DNA of 36,622 nucleotides from Yoonia sp. (GTDB taxonomy: Bacteria; Pseudomonadota; Alphaproteobacteria; Rhodobacterales; Rhodobacteraceae), in the NCBI RefSeq assembly GCF_028822885.1, contig NZ_JAPKCP010000001.1; one strand, given 5' to 3'. The notes under the pieces are model-generated. The model made no database searches. It was not told where the DNA came from and worked only from the letters and a program-made list of their open reading frames with translations. This document shows, one piece after another, positions 9,053 to 18,574 of this stretch; the first letter of the stretch is position 1, and each line of letters starts with the position of its first letter. The translations under genes were made by a program, and so were the position numbers.

Positions 9053-10426
9053 TTAACTAGCGGCCGCCGCAGCCTGCAAAGTTGTACGGCGTGCCGACAG
9101 CTCTTCGGCAACCAAAAATGCCAGTTCAAGTGACTGGGATGCATTCAAACGCGGATCACAAGCGGTGTGATACCGATCAGCAAGATTCTCATCGGTCACA
9201 GCGCGTACACCACCGGTGCATTCTGTGACGTCCGCACCCGTCATCTCAAAGTGAACGCCGCCCGGCGTGGTACCCTCAGCATTATGAACGCCAAAGAATT
9301 CGCGGACTTCGCGAAGCACAGATTCGAACGGACGAGTCTTATAGCCAGTCGTCGACTTGATTGTGTTCCCGTGCATCGCATCACAAGTCCAAGTCACGTT
9401 TGCGCCTTCTTCTTTCACGGCTTTGATCAGGCGCGGCAGGTGTTCACCAACTGAGCCAGCACCAAAACGTGCAATAAGGGTCAAACGACCTTCTTCGTTG
9501 TTCGGATTCAACGCGGACATCAGCGCCTTCAAATGGCCAGATGTCATTGTCGGACCACACTTGAGGCCAATTGGGTTTTGCACGCCTTTGCAGAACTCAA
9601 CGTGGGCACCATCAGGCTGGCGTGTTCGATCACCGATCCAAATCATGTGGCCGGACCCTGCGAGCATCTTACCTGTTGTCGAATCGACCCGTGTCAGGGC
9701 CTCTTCATACTCAAGCAACAATGCTTCGTGGGACGTATAGAACTCAACAGTCCGCAACTCATGATTTGTTTCCGTGGACAGGCCTGCGGCTTCCATGAAA
9801 TCAAGCGTATCAGAAATGCGTTCTGCCATATCACGGTATTTCTTCGCGCCTGACCCTTCAGCAAAGCCCAATGTCCATTGGTGAACCTGATGAACGTCAG
9901 CGTAGCCACCGGTTGAAAATGCCCGCAACAAGTTCAGCGTTGCTGCAGCCTGCATATAAGCTTGTGTCATCCGTTCGGGGTCTGGGATCCGGGCCTCTGG
10001 CGTGAAGTCGAAACCGTTGATGATGTCACCACGGTAGCTTGGCAATTCAACACCGTCGATTGTCTCCATATCAGCAGAGCGTGGCTTGGCCATTTGACCA
10101 GCCATGCGTCCAACTTTTACGACCGGCACTTTTGCGCCGTAAGTTAGTACCATCGCCATCTGCAACATCACTTTGAAGGTGTCGCGGATGCCATCTGCTG
10201 AAAACTCTGCAAAACTCTCTGCGCAATCACCGCCCTGCAAAAGAAACGCTTCGCCGCGCCCACATGCTGCAAGATGTTGGCGAAGCCTACGCGCTTCGCC
10301 TGCAAAAACCAGCGGAGGATATGACGACAACCGACCTTCGACAGCCTGCAAAGCTGCCGCATCAGTATAAGTTGGCATTTGGACCCGTGGCTTGTTGCGC
10401 CAGTCCGTTTTTTGCCATGTCGTCAT
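9053..10426 (-). CDS. Class II 3-deoxy-7-phosphoheptulonate (DAHP) synthase
   Basis: [73 protein letters not shown]. Confidence 0.96.
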   Translation of the reverse strand: MTTWQKTDWRNKPRVQMPTYTDAAALQAVEGRLSSYPPLVFAGEARRLRQHLAACGRGEAFLLQGGDCAESFAEFSADGIRDTFKVMLQMAMVLTYGAKVPVVKVGRMAGQMAKPRSADMETIDGVELPSYRGDIINGFDFTPEARIPDPERMTQAYMQAAATLNLLRAFSTGGYADVHQVHQWTLGFAEGSGAKKYRDMAERISDTLDFMEAAGLSTETNHELRTVEFYTSHEALLLEYEEALTRVDSTTGKMLAGSGHMIWIGDRTRQPDGAHVEFCKGVQNPIGLKCGPTMTSGHLKALMSALNPNNEEGRLTLIARFGAGSVGEHLPRLIKAVKEEGANVTWTCDAMHGNTIKSTTGYKTRPFESVLREVREFFGVHNAEGTTPGGVHFEMTGADVTECTGGVRAVTDENLADRYHTACDPRLNASQSLELAFLVAEELSARRTTLQAAAAAS

Positions 10427-10624
10427 TATCTTTTCTCCAGATCTCAGAAATTATGTAACGCGATCAACACTGATCGGTTAGCGCTTATACCGCGCTGAGG
10501 CAGGGCGTCCAATGCAAAAGTCCCGCAATTCGGGGTTGCAAATCTAAAGCGGGCAACAATAACTCTTGTCAGAAGCGTATTTTGGCGCGAAAGATGCCGA
10601 CAGTTAGATCTCGTGAGTGCCATT

Positions 10625-11626
10625 ATGAGCGTATTAGACACCCCAAAAGTGACCGGAGACACAGCAAAGCCCAAACGCTTTGTGTTTGTGCTGCTCAATC
10701 AGTTCACAATGCTATGTTTTGCAAGCGCACTTGAGAGCCTACGGATCGCAAACCGGACGGCGGGCATTCCTTTATATACATGGCGTATTATCGGCGAGGG
10801 TGGTGAGCATGCAACTTGTTCGAATGGCTGCACATTCCAACTTGATGCCGATCTGGACGAGCTGGCTCGCGACGACATTGTTATGATTTGCGGCGGAACG
10901 AATATTCAGTCTGCAACCACAAAAAAGCTTCTCAATTGGGTCCGTCGTGAAGCCCGGCGCGGCGTTACAATTGCAGGCCTATGCACGGCAGGCTTCACGC
11001 TTGCAAAGGCTGGTTTACTCGATGGAAAAAGGGCCACAATCCACTGGGAGAATCAGGACAGCTTCATTGAAGAGTTTGAAGATATTGAACTGACAAAATC
11101 GGTTTTTGTAATTGACGGAAATCGAATCACAACGGCTGGTGGCACCGCCTCGCTCGACCTGATGCTCAAGATCATTGCACAAGACCACGGCGAAGACCTT
11201 GCAAACGCAGTTGCCGATCAGCTGATTTATTCAGCCATCCGCACTGACCAAGACACCCAGCGTTTGTCTGTCCCCACCAGAATTGGTGTGCGCCATCCAA
11301 AGCTGAGCCGGGTTATTCAGATGATGGAAAAAAATATCGAAGAGCCGATTAGCCCAGCTACTTTGGCCAAAGATGTGGGGATGTCGACCCGACAGCTGGA
11401 ACGGTTATTCCGTCGTTATCTGTCGCGGAGCCCGAAGCGGTATTATATGGAGTTGCGGCTGCTACGCGCTCGCAACCTGTTGATGCAGACTGATATGACG
11501 GTGATCAATGTCGCGCTTGCGTGTGGGTTTGCCTCACCTTCGCATTTCTCGAAATGCTACCGGTCGCACTACAATACAACGCCCTACCGCGAACGCGGCA
11601 CACAGGCGTCATCATCTGGCGCGTAG
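10625..11626 (+). CDS. GlxA/FtrA-family AraC transcriptional regulator (DJ-1/PfpI-like sensor domain + AraC HTH)
   Basis: GLCTAG, ATIHWEN, TTAGGTAS; C-terminal AraC HTH (MSTRQLERLFRR..., VALACGFASPSHFSKCY). Likely start ATG 10625; ORF open from 10613. Confidence 0.92.
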   Translation: MSVLDTPKVTGDTAKPKRFVFVLLNQFTMLCFASALESLRIANRTAGIPLYTWRIIGEGGEHATCSNGCTFQLDADLDELARDDIVMICGGTNIQSATTKKLLNWVRREARRGVTIAGLCTAGFTLAKAGLLDGKRATIHWENQDSFIEEFEDIELTKSVFVIDGNRITTAGGTASLDLMLKIIAQDHGEDLANAVADQLIYSAIRTDQDTQRLSVPTRIGVRHPKLSRVIQMMEKNIEEPISPATLAKDVGMSTRQLERLFRRYLSRSPKRYYMELRLLRARNLLMQTDMTVINVALACGFASPSHFSKCYRSHYNTTPYRERGTQASSSGA

Positions 11627-11638
11627 ACCGCTGAAAAG

Positions 11639-11667
11639 TTGACACGAATCAATCTCACCCATAATTT
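11639..11667 (+). promoter_or_regulatory. Sigma70-type promoter overlapped by an FNR/FnrL-like box
   Basis: TTGACA (11639-11644)-N17-TAATTT (11662-11667); TTGAC-ACGA-ATCAA (11639-11652) is one mismatch from TTGAT-N4-ATCAA. Confidence 0.45.
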
Positions 11668-11765
11668 CTTATTGAGGTTTTGTTCTGGTTGATGACGTTC
11701 GATTTTGGCGGGAATAAAGCTTTAATAATAAGTTTAATTTCTACAACAAGAAGAGAATCCGAATT

Positions 11766-12730
11766 ATGAATTTTGCAGATAGATAAGCAGCGTTGTCACT
11801 TTCAAACTTTTGACGGCATGTGGCGGATCAAACAATGACACCCCGATAGAAACAACACCTGATATTCTGATAGCAAAAGCTACAGACGGTACTTTAACCG
11901 ACGTGAAAGCGGCATTTGATTCCGGCATCGTGATTCCCGCAACTGGGACTGAGACAGCCGCACTGATCCTCGATTACGAAGCGGACACATCTGCCCCGAC
12001 CGATGCCACGTTAACATTTCGGCGGACAAGCAGCGGTGATTTAGAAACGACAATCAATGGAGTGACCACGGTCTTCACCTCTGCGGACCTGGAAGAAGAC
12101 GGCGACGGCTATAGCATTGAACCTGAAGGTGGCGGTTTTATTGGTGTGTTTGGCCAAGGCGAATCTCTGCAAGACCAAATGAAAGATAGCGGATCCTATT
12201 CTGGGGCCATCTCCTATTTCTCTTCGAACGTCGATGGCAAAACGGTGTATGCATATGCGATTTTGGGTGCACGGACTGCTGCTGATGTTGCCCCAAGCGG
12301 CGGTGCGCAATTCAACGGTGACTTTAAGATTGAAAGCTTACCTGCGACTGGGTTTGAATCCTTTACAACAGACAGAACCCGTCTAGAGGGTGAAGTGACC
12401 TTGGATGTCGACGTGGCCGGTATGATTTCCGGTCGGCTGACTGATTTGACGATACGAAGTTCCAATGATGGCGACCGCGAAACTGTGCCGGGCGAAATTG
12501 CGATGAGCCAATCTGCCATCGCAGCGGGTGCATTTTCTGGCAACTTGACCGCGAACCAAACGCTTGTTGACGCAAAAGACTTTGGTCTCACAGGCGCTGA
12601 TTTTGGGTCTTATACTGGTCGCCTTTACGGTCCTGATGCAGAGGAAGCGACAGGGATACTGACAGTTACAGTCCCGCTCGACGAAGGCGTCGAAAATGGT
12701 GTTGGATATTTCCGCGCTACAACCGACTAA
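11766..12730 (+). pseudogene. TbpB-like (transferrin-binding-protein-like beta-barrel) surface lipoprotein with a disrupted signal peptide; the 11810-12730 frame is intact
   Basis: Lipobox LLTAC-GGS at the ORF start and C-terminal GSYTGRLYGPDAEEATG...GVGYFRA barrel motif. In-frame TAG at 11780-11782; the nearest upstream ATG (11766) is in another frame and stops after 6 codons. Confidence 0.55.
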
Positions 12731-12779
12731 TGCGATGTTTGGGCTTGCCCAAATTTCTGACAACCTAACACAACATTAC

Positions 12780-12811
12780 AAGCCCGTTTGCACATGCAGG
12801 CGGGCTTCTTT
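12780..12811 (+). terminator. Rho-independent terminator
   Basis: AAGCCCGTTTGC-ACAT-GCAGGCGGGCTT followed by CTTT, about 50 nt after the lipoprotein stop. Confidence 0.75.
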
Positions 12812-12952
12812 GGGCTGATGACCTGTCCTTGATTGGAAACGCAGGTAAATGAGCTTTCTGAGGGAGACATAACGCCAATGCCTTCCCTTTTGCGATTGGC
12901 CTGCGTAACCTATCCAACAGGATGACAAATATATCCACTAGGGAGAGACGTT

Positions 12953-14149
12953 ATGAAAAACCTTTTGATGGCGACAACCGCCATTGTTATGACTGCTGGC
13001 GCTGGTTTTGCCGACGGTCACGCGAACGAAGTTAAAATTGGTGTGATCCTCGGTTTCACAGGTCCACTTGAATCCATCACACCCGCGATGGGTGCTGGCG
13101 CCGAATTGGCGATGGCCGAAGTCACAGAATCAGGTGCATTGCTTGAAGGTGCCACTGTTACGTCAGTCCGTGCCGACAGCACGTGTATCGATGCAGGTGC
13201 TGCGACAACAGCCGCAGAGCGTTTGATCACGGCCGAAGGCGTCAACGCCATCATGGGCGCTGATTGTTCCGGCGTCACTGGCGCAATCCTGTCCAACGTT
13301 GCATTGCCAAACGGCGTCGTGATGATTTCACCATCAGCGACATCTCCGGGCCTGTCCACAGCAGAAGACAACGGTTTGTTCTTCCGCACGGCCCCGTCTG
13401 ACGCGCGCCAAGGTGTGATTATGACCGAGATTCTCACAGATCGCGGCATCACCGAAGTGGCACTGACTTACACAAACAACGACTACGGCAAGGGTCTTGC
13501 TGATGCGTTCCAAGGTTCCTTCGAGGCAGCTGGCGGAACGGTCACGATTTCTGCAGCCCACGAAGACGGCAAAGCAGATTATTCAGCAGAAGTTGGTGCA
13601 CTTGCATCCGCTGGTGGCGACGTTCTGGTTGTTGCAGGCTATGTTGACCAAGGTGGATCTGGTGTTGTGCGCGGCGCGATCGACGCAGGTGCATTTGAAA
13701 CGTTCTACTTCCCAGATGGTATGGTCGGCAAAAAGCTGAACGAGAACTTTGGCGCAGAGCTAGACGGATCGTTTGGCGCATATCCGGGTACAGACAGTGC
13801 TGGTGCTGCGAAGTTCGTTGAAATGGCTGAAGCTGCCGGTTTCGATGGCACAGGCGCATTTGCACCAGAATCATATGACGCCGCTGCGTTGATCATGTTG
13901 GCGATGCAAGCTGCTGGGTCTTCTGCTTCTGCGGATTTCAAAGATCACGTGATGGACGTGGCAAATGCACCAGGCGTTCAGATCATGCCGGGTCAACTTG
14001 CTGAAGGTCTCGTGCTCTTGGCTGCAGGTTATGAAATCGACTATGTCGGTGCATCTGCTGTTGATCTAATCGGCCCCGGTGAATCTGCTGGTAATTACCA
14101 AGAGATTGAATTCGCTGATGGCGTTTATTCCACAATCGGTTTCCGTTAA
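12953..14149 (+). CDS. Branched-chain amino acid (LivJ/LivK-type) ABC transporter substrate-binding protein
   Basis: Signal peptide ending AGFA, KIGVILGFTGP, MISPSATSPGLS, FFRTAPSD, NNDYGKGLA, DYSAEV; GGGAGAG RBS. Confidence 0.92.
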   Translation: MKNLLMATTAIVMTAGAGFADGHANEVKIGVILGFTGPLESITPAMGAGAELAMAEVTESGALLEGATVTSVRADSTCIDAGAATTAAERLITAEGVNAIMGADCSGVTGAILSNVALPNGVVMISPSATSPGLSTAEDNGLFFRTAPSDARQGVIMTEILTDRGITEVALTYTNNDYGKGLADAFQGSFEAAGGTVTISAAHEDGKADYSAEVGALASAGGDVLVVAGYVDQGGSGVVRGAIDAGAFETFYFPDGMVGKKLNENFGAELDGSFGAYPGTDSAGAAKFVEMAEAAGFDGTGAFAPESYDAAALIMLAMQAAGSSASADFKDHVMDVANAPGVQIMPGQLAEGLVLLAAGYEIDYVGASAVDLIGPGESAGNYQEIEFADGVYSTIGFR

Positions 14150-14164
14150 TCGGTCCTGAAACTC

Positions 14165-14196
14165 TGAAACGGTGCGGGAATTCTCGCGCCGTTTCA
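14165..14196 (+). terminator. Stem-loop after the binding-protein gene (mRNA-stabilising hairpin)
   Basis: TGAAACGGTGCGGG-AATT-CTCGCGCCGTTTCA long inverted repeat; no U-tract. Confidence 0.65.
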
Positions 14197-14236
14197 ACAA
14201 GATAAGTCGCGTTCTTAACGCGTGAGGGTGGGGTCG

Positions 14237-15022
14237 ATGATCGTTGTAGAGAATTTAGTGAAAACCTTTGGGGGTTTTCGCGCAGTGGATGGTGCGTCTT
14301 TGCAGATTGCAGAAGGCACGATCACCGGATTGATTGGCCCAAATGGGGCTGGAAAAACCACTCTTTTTAATGTGATTGCGGGTGTCCACGCACCGACGTC
14401 TGGTCGTGTAACGATGCAGGGTGAGGCCATCACTGGCCTACCCCCACATGAGCTGTTCCACAAAGGGCTGTTGCGAACCTTCCAAATCGCACATGAATTT
14501 TCCTCGATGACTGTGCGCGAAAACCTGATGATGGTGCCCGGTGCCCAATCGGGAGAGACGCTGTGGAATGCATGGTTTGGCCGTAAAGGCATTGCTGACG
14601 AGGAACGCGCATTGGGCGAAGCCGCTGATGAAGTGCTCGCTTTCCTGACCATTGATCACCTGACCTATGAAAAAGCGGGCAACCTGTCTGGTGGTCAGAA
14701 AAAGCTGCTTGAGCTTGGTCGTACGATGATGGTCGACGCGAAGATCGTGTTTTTGGATGAGGTTGGCGCAGGCGTGAACCGCACCCTTTTGAACACCATC
14801 GGTGATGCGATTATCCGACTGAACAAGGAGCGTGGTTACACGTTCGTCGTTATTGAACACGACATGGATTTCATCGGGCGCTTATGTGATCCCGTTATTT
14901 GTATGGCTGAAGGCAAAGTTCTCGCTGAAGGCACACTGGCTGAGATTAAAGCCAATGAGCAAGTGATCGAGGCCTATTTGGGCACTGGTTTGAAGAATAA
15001 AGACAAGGTGGCGACAGTTTGA
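14237..15022 (+). CDS. livG: Branched-chain amino acid ABC transporter ATP-binding protein (LivG-like)
   Basis: GLIGPNGAGKTTLFN, RTFQ, LSGGQKKLLELGR, IEHDM, VIEAYLG. ATG 14237 with GAGGG upstream. Confidence 0.9.
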   Translation: MIVVENLVKTFGGFRAVDGASLQIAEGTITGLIGPNGAGKTTLFNVIAGVHAPTSGRVTMQGEAITGLPPHELFHKGLLRTFQIAHEFSSMTVRENLMMVPGAQSGETLWNAWFGRKGIADEERALGEAADEVLAFLTIDHLTYEKAGNLSGGQKKLLELGRTMMVDAKIVFLDEVGAGVNRTLLNTIGDAIIRLNKERGYTFVVIEHDMDFIGRLCDPVICMAEGKVLAEGTLAEIKANEQVIEAYLGTGLKNKDKVATV

Positions 15023-15070
15023 TGAGGTTGGATTTGAGTTGTTTTGGCCAAATGAAGATGGGTGTTGCGC

Positions 15071-15784
15071 ATGTCTGAACCGTTTTTGATTGGTGATAAG
15101 ATGACGGGCGGCTACGGCAAAGGCCCCGACATTCTACACGGTTGTACAATCGCTGTCGAACGCGGTGAGATTGCAGTCATTGTTGGCCCAAATGGTGCCG
15201 GTAAATCGACTGCCATGAAGGCTTTGTTTGGTATGTTGAACGTGCATTCAGGCGCTGTGCGGCTTGACGGTGAGGACATCACAAAGCTGTCCCCGCAAGA
15301 TCGCGTCATGAAAGGCATGGGGTTCGTGCCGCAAGTCCGTAATATTTTCACGTCAATGACCGTCGAAGAGAACCTTGAAATGGGGGCTTTCATCCGCGAG
15401 GACAACATTAAAACGACAATGGAACAGGTTTATGAACTGTTCCCGATCTTACGCGATAAACGCAATCAGGCAGCGGGCGAATTGTCCGGTGGTCAGCGTC
15501 AGCAGGTTGCTGTTGGGCGTGCTTTGATGACCCAACCAAAAGTCTTGATGCTTGATGAGCCGACAGCTGGCGTGTCACCGATTGTCATGGATGAGCTGTT
15601 TGACCGCATTATTGAGGTAGCCCGCACCGGAATTCCGATCTTGATGGTGGAACAGAACGCCCGCCAAGCGCTTGAGATTGCGGACAAAGCCTATGTTCTT
15701 GTGCAAGGGCGCAATGCCCATACTGGAACAGGAAAAGAACTGCTGGCCAATCCCGAAGTCCGCGCGAGTTTCTTGGGCGGATGA
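15071..15784 (+). CDS. livF: Branched-chain amino acid ABC transporter ATP-binding protein (LivF-like)
   Basis: GPNGAGKST, VPQVRNIF, TVEENLEMGA, LSGGQRQQVAVGRA, LMVEQNA, SFLGG C-terminus. Confidence 0.9.
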   Translation: MSEPFLIGDKMTGGYGKGPDILHGCTIAVERGEIAVIVGPNGAGKSTAMKALFGMLNVHSGAVRLDGEDITKLSPQDRVMKGMGFVPQVRNIFTSMTVEENLEMGAFIREDNIKTTMEQVYELFPILRDKRNQAAGELSGGQRQQVAVGRALMTQPKVLMLDEPTAGVSPIVMDELFDRIIEVARTGIPILMVEQNARQALEIADKAYVLVQGRNAHTGTGKELLANPEVRASFLGG

Positions 15785-16137
15785 TAGTGCAGGCTGTAGC
15801 AGCTTTGGCGATAGGCGCGATACCTGCAATGGCCGAGGTTGTGATCTGTGACATGGAAACAGGTCAGCTTGAATTTGTAATTGATCGCAATCACTTCGTG
15901 GCACCACTTGATGTGAACGATCCGCCGCGCCGCGCCGCTACTGTTGTTCACTTTGGTGATAAACAATTTCCCGCCACGCCATTCTTAATCGGCGAAACCC
16001 GTGGCTTTGAAGCCGAAGGTCTTGGTGGGACAAATACGCTTTTTGTGATGCAACCAGAAGGTAGCGCTGTATTCAGTGATGCACACGCTGGCCTGCGGGT
16101 TACTGGAATATGCACCATCCGTGAGGATGATAAATGA
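15781..16137 (+). CDS. Small secreted hypothetical protein
   Basis: ATGA overlap with the livF stop; Sec signal peptide ending AMA; two Cys near the ends of the mature chain; fills the livF-livH gap. Confidence 0.75.
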   Translation: MIVQAVAALAIGAIPAMAEVVICDMETGQLEFVIDRNHFVAPLDVNDPPRRAATVVHFGDKQFPATPFLIGETRGFEAEGLGGTNTLFVMQPEGSAVFSDAHAGLRVTGICTIREDDK

Positions 16138-16156
16138 CAACGAAGGGTCTGATTTA

Positions 16157-17167
16157 ATGGACTATCTGAACGCGATTGTCGCACTTGCCAACTTTGTGAT
16201 TGTGCCGGGGCTCGCTTATGGTGCCCAGTTGGCAATCGGCGCCCTTGGCGTCACCATGATCTACGGGATATTGCGATTTTCGAACTTTGCCCATGGCGAT
16301 ACGATGGCTTTTGGGACTGCAATTACCATATTGTTTACATGGTTATTCCAGTCATGGGGAATTTCGTTAGGTCCATTACCCACGGCCCTTCTGGCATTAC
16401 CGTTCGGGATCGCTGGGTGCGCGCTATTATTGCTCGGGACCGACAAGGTTATTTATAAGTTCTATCGCACCGAAAAAGCCAAGCCAGTGATCCTCGTGAT
16501 TGTGTCACTTGGCGTCATGTTTGTCATGAATGGGCTTGTACGCTTTGTCATCGGGGTACGCGATATCAACTTTTCTGATGGTGAGCGTTTCATCATTTCA
16601 GCACGTGATTTCAAAGAGATGACAGGCCTACGCGAAGGTCTTGCGATCAAATCGACGCAAGCGATCACCGTTGTCGTCGCGATCATTGTCATGGCGTTAT
16701 TATTCTACTTTTTGAACAAAACCCGCACTGGTAAATCAATGCGCGCGTTTTCAGACAACGAAGACCTCGCACTTCTGTCAGGTATTAATCCAGAACATGT
16801 TGTGAAGGTGACTTGGTTGATTGTTGCCGCACTTGCGACGACCGCGGGGGTTTTATACGGCTTAGATAAGTCATTTAAAGCATTCACATATTTTCAGCTT
16901 TTGCTACCGATTTTCGCTTCAGCTATCGTTGGCGGCATTGGCAGTCCAGTCGGTGCAATTGCTGGGGGGTTCACGATTGCCTTTGCAGAGGTCACAATCA
17001 CCTACGCTTGGAAGAAGGTGTTGGTTTACGCCCTGCCCGAGCCGTTAGAGCCGGACTCTCTCGTCCAACTATTGTCCACGGACTATAAATTTGCGGTCAG
17101 CTTTGCGATCTTGATCATCGTGCTGCTGTTCAAGCCGACAGGCCTGTTTAAGGGGCAATCAATATGA
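16157..17167 (+). CDS. livH: Branched-chain amino acid ABC transporter permease (LivH-like)
   Basis: ALGVTMIYGILRFSNFAHGD, TRTGKSMRAFSDN, AIVGGIGS, LLFKPTGLF. Likely start ATG 16157. Confidence 0.9.
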   Translation: MDYLNAIVALANFVIVPGLAYGAQLAIGALGVTMIYGILRFSNFAHGDTMAFGTAITILFTWLFQSWGISLGPLPTALLALPFGIAGCALLLLGTDKVIYKFYRTEKAKPVILVIVSLGVMFVMNGLVRFVIGVRDINFSDGERFIISARDFKEMTGLREGLAIKSTQAITVVVAIIVMALLFYFLNKTRTGKSMRAFSDNEDLALLSGINPEHVVKVTWLIVAALATTAGVLYGLDKSFKAFTYFQLLLPIFASAIVGGIGSPVGAIAGGFTIAFAEVTITYAWKKVLVYALPEPLEPDSLVQLLSTDYKFAVSFAILIIVLLFKPTGLFKGQSI

Positions 17168-18516
17168 CCTTTTCATTACGCAACACGTTCCTCGTTCTGT
17201 TTGTCGCCGGACTATATATTCTGGAAGGCGGAACTGATTTCTGGATTTTCAGTGGGTCTTGGGATTCAGCCCTGAAGATGCTGAATTTTGCCTTTATTGC
17301 AGCGATCATGGCCCTGGGTGTTAACCTTCAGTGGGGTTTTGCTGGATTGTTTAACGTTGGAATCATGGGGTTTGTCGCCCTTGGTGGGTTGGCTGCTGTG
17401 CTTATCTCGATGCCACCAACCGAAGGCGCAATGGCTGCCGGCGGCTGGCGTGTCTTGCTCGGTCTGATCATGGGTGCTGCGACCATCGTTCTGACAGTCT
17501 TGATGCGCGCTAAAATGGCACCGGGCGGTGCACGTGTTTTGGCGACGCTTGTTTTATTGATCGGTGGCTTTTTCCTGTTTCGGTGGGTGTTTGATGGTGG
17601 TGTTGCTGGGATTGAGGCGATCAATCCTGCCTCGACGGGCAATATTGGTGGCCTTAACTTTGGCGGCGAAAATTATCGAGACTATGGTTGGATCACAGTC
17701 CTGTCTTGGCCTGTTGGTGGCTTGTTTGCTGCAGGGGCTGCGTGGATCATCGGAAAAACGGCCCTTGGCCTGCGGTCAGATTACCTTGCCATTGCGACCC
17801 TTGGCATTGCTGAGATCATCCTTGCAGTCATCAAAAATGAGGATTGGTTATCGCGCGGTGTGAAGAACGTGACTGGCATGCCGCGACCTGTGCCATATGA
17901 GATAGACCTGCAAAATGACCCGAGCTTTATTGAGCGTGCGGCGAGTTGGGGTCTAGATCCTGTCACAGCCTCAACCCTCTATGTGAAAATTGGGTATTCT
18001 CTGATCTTTGCCGTTTTCTTGATTATACTGCTGTGGCTTGCGCAACGTGCTCTTAGCTCCCCTTGGGGTCGGATGATGCGTGCTATTCGCGACAATGAAA
18101 CAGCAGCTGAGGCGATGGGTAAAAACGTGACAGCCCGCCACTTGCAGATTTTCATTCTGGGGTCTGCTGTTTGCGGCATTGCAGGTGCGATGATGGTCAC
18201 AATTGATGGCCAGTTGACGCCCACGTCGTATCAACCGCTGCGCTTTACCTTCCTCATTTGGGTAATGGTGATTGTGGGTGGGTCGGGCAATAACTTTGGT
18301 TCTGTCCTTGGTGGTTTCTTGATTTGGTGGCTTTGGGTCATGGTTGAGCCGCTTGGTCTGTGGATCGCGGACGTGACAACAGCAGGCCTTGATCCAACCA
18401 ATTGGTTCGCCATCCGAATGTCCGAATTTGGTGCACATATGCGGCTCTTGACGATGGGCGTTGTGATGCTTTTGGTCTTGCGCTTCAGTCCGCGTGGCCT
18501 GATGCCAGAGAAGTAG
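17164..18516 (+). CDS. livM: Branched-chain amino acid ABC transporter permease (LivM-like)
   Basis: ALGVNLQWGFAGLFNVG, LRSDYLAIATLG, SPWGRMMRAIRDNETAAEAMG, MVIVGGSGN, PRGL. Confidence 0.9.
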   Translation: MTFSLRNTFLVLFVAGLYILEGGTDFWIFSGSWDSALKMLNFAFIAAIMALGVNLQWGFAGLFNVGIMGFVALGGLAAVLISMPPTEGAMAAGGWRVLLGLIMGAATIVLTVLMRAKMAPGGARVLATLVLLIGGFFLFRWVFDGGVAGIEAINPASTGNIGGLNFGGENYRDYGWITVLSWPVGGLFAAGAAWIIGKTALGLRSDYLAIATLGIAEIILAVIKNEDWLSRGVKNVTGMPRPVPYEIDLQNDPSFIERAASWGLDPVTASTLYVKIGYSLIFAVFLIILLWLAQRALSSPWGRMMRAIRDNETAAEAMGKNVTARHLQIFILGSAVCGIAGAMMVTIDGQLTPTSYQPLRFTFLIWVMVIVGGSGNNFGSVLGGFLIWWLWVMVEPLGLWIADVTTAGLDPTNWFAIRMSEFGAHMRLLTMGVVMLLVLRFSPRGLMPEK

Positions 18517-18574
18517 TGGCGATTGACGTAATGACGCGTTAGAAGGCCCAAATGTAGTTTGCTTTGAGGGTCCA

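Noticed and set aside
11722..11737. TTAA-N8-TTAA as a CtrA box
   Set aside because: Spacing is 8 rather than 7, in a very AT-rich stretch where TTAA is expected by chance.
12815..12840. Hammerhead-ribozyme-like core CTGATGA...GAAAC upstream of the ABC binding-protein gene
   Set aside because: The intervening bases do not form stem II (one C-G pair, then a mismatch) and I could not build stems I and III; an ordinary ACCTG/CAGGT hairpin explains the region.
12839..12906. Possible riboswitch (ACGCAGG/CCTGCGT, AGGGAG/TTCCCT, GCCAAT/ATTGGC pairings)
   Set aside because: No resemblance to glycine, TPP, SAM or cobalamin motifs by eye, and it overlaps a plausible promoter (TTCCCT-N17-TAACCT), so it is probably not in the mRNA. 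An Rfam scan would settle it.
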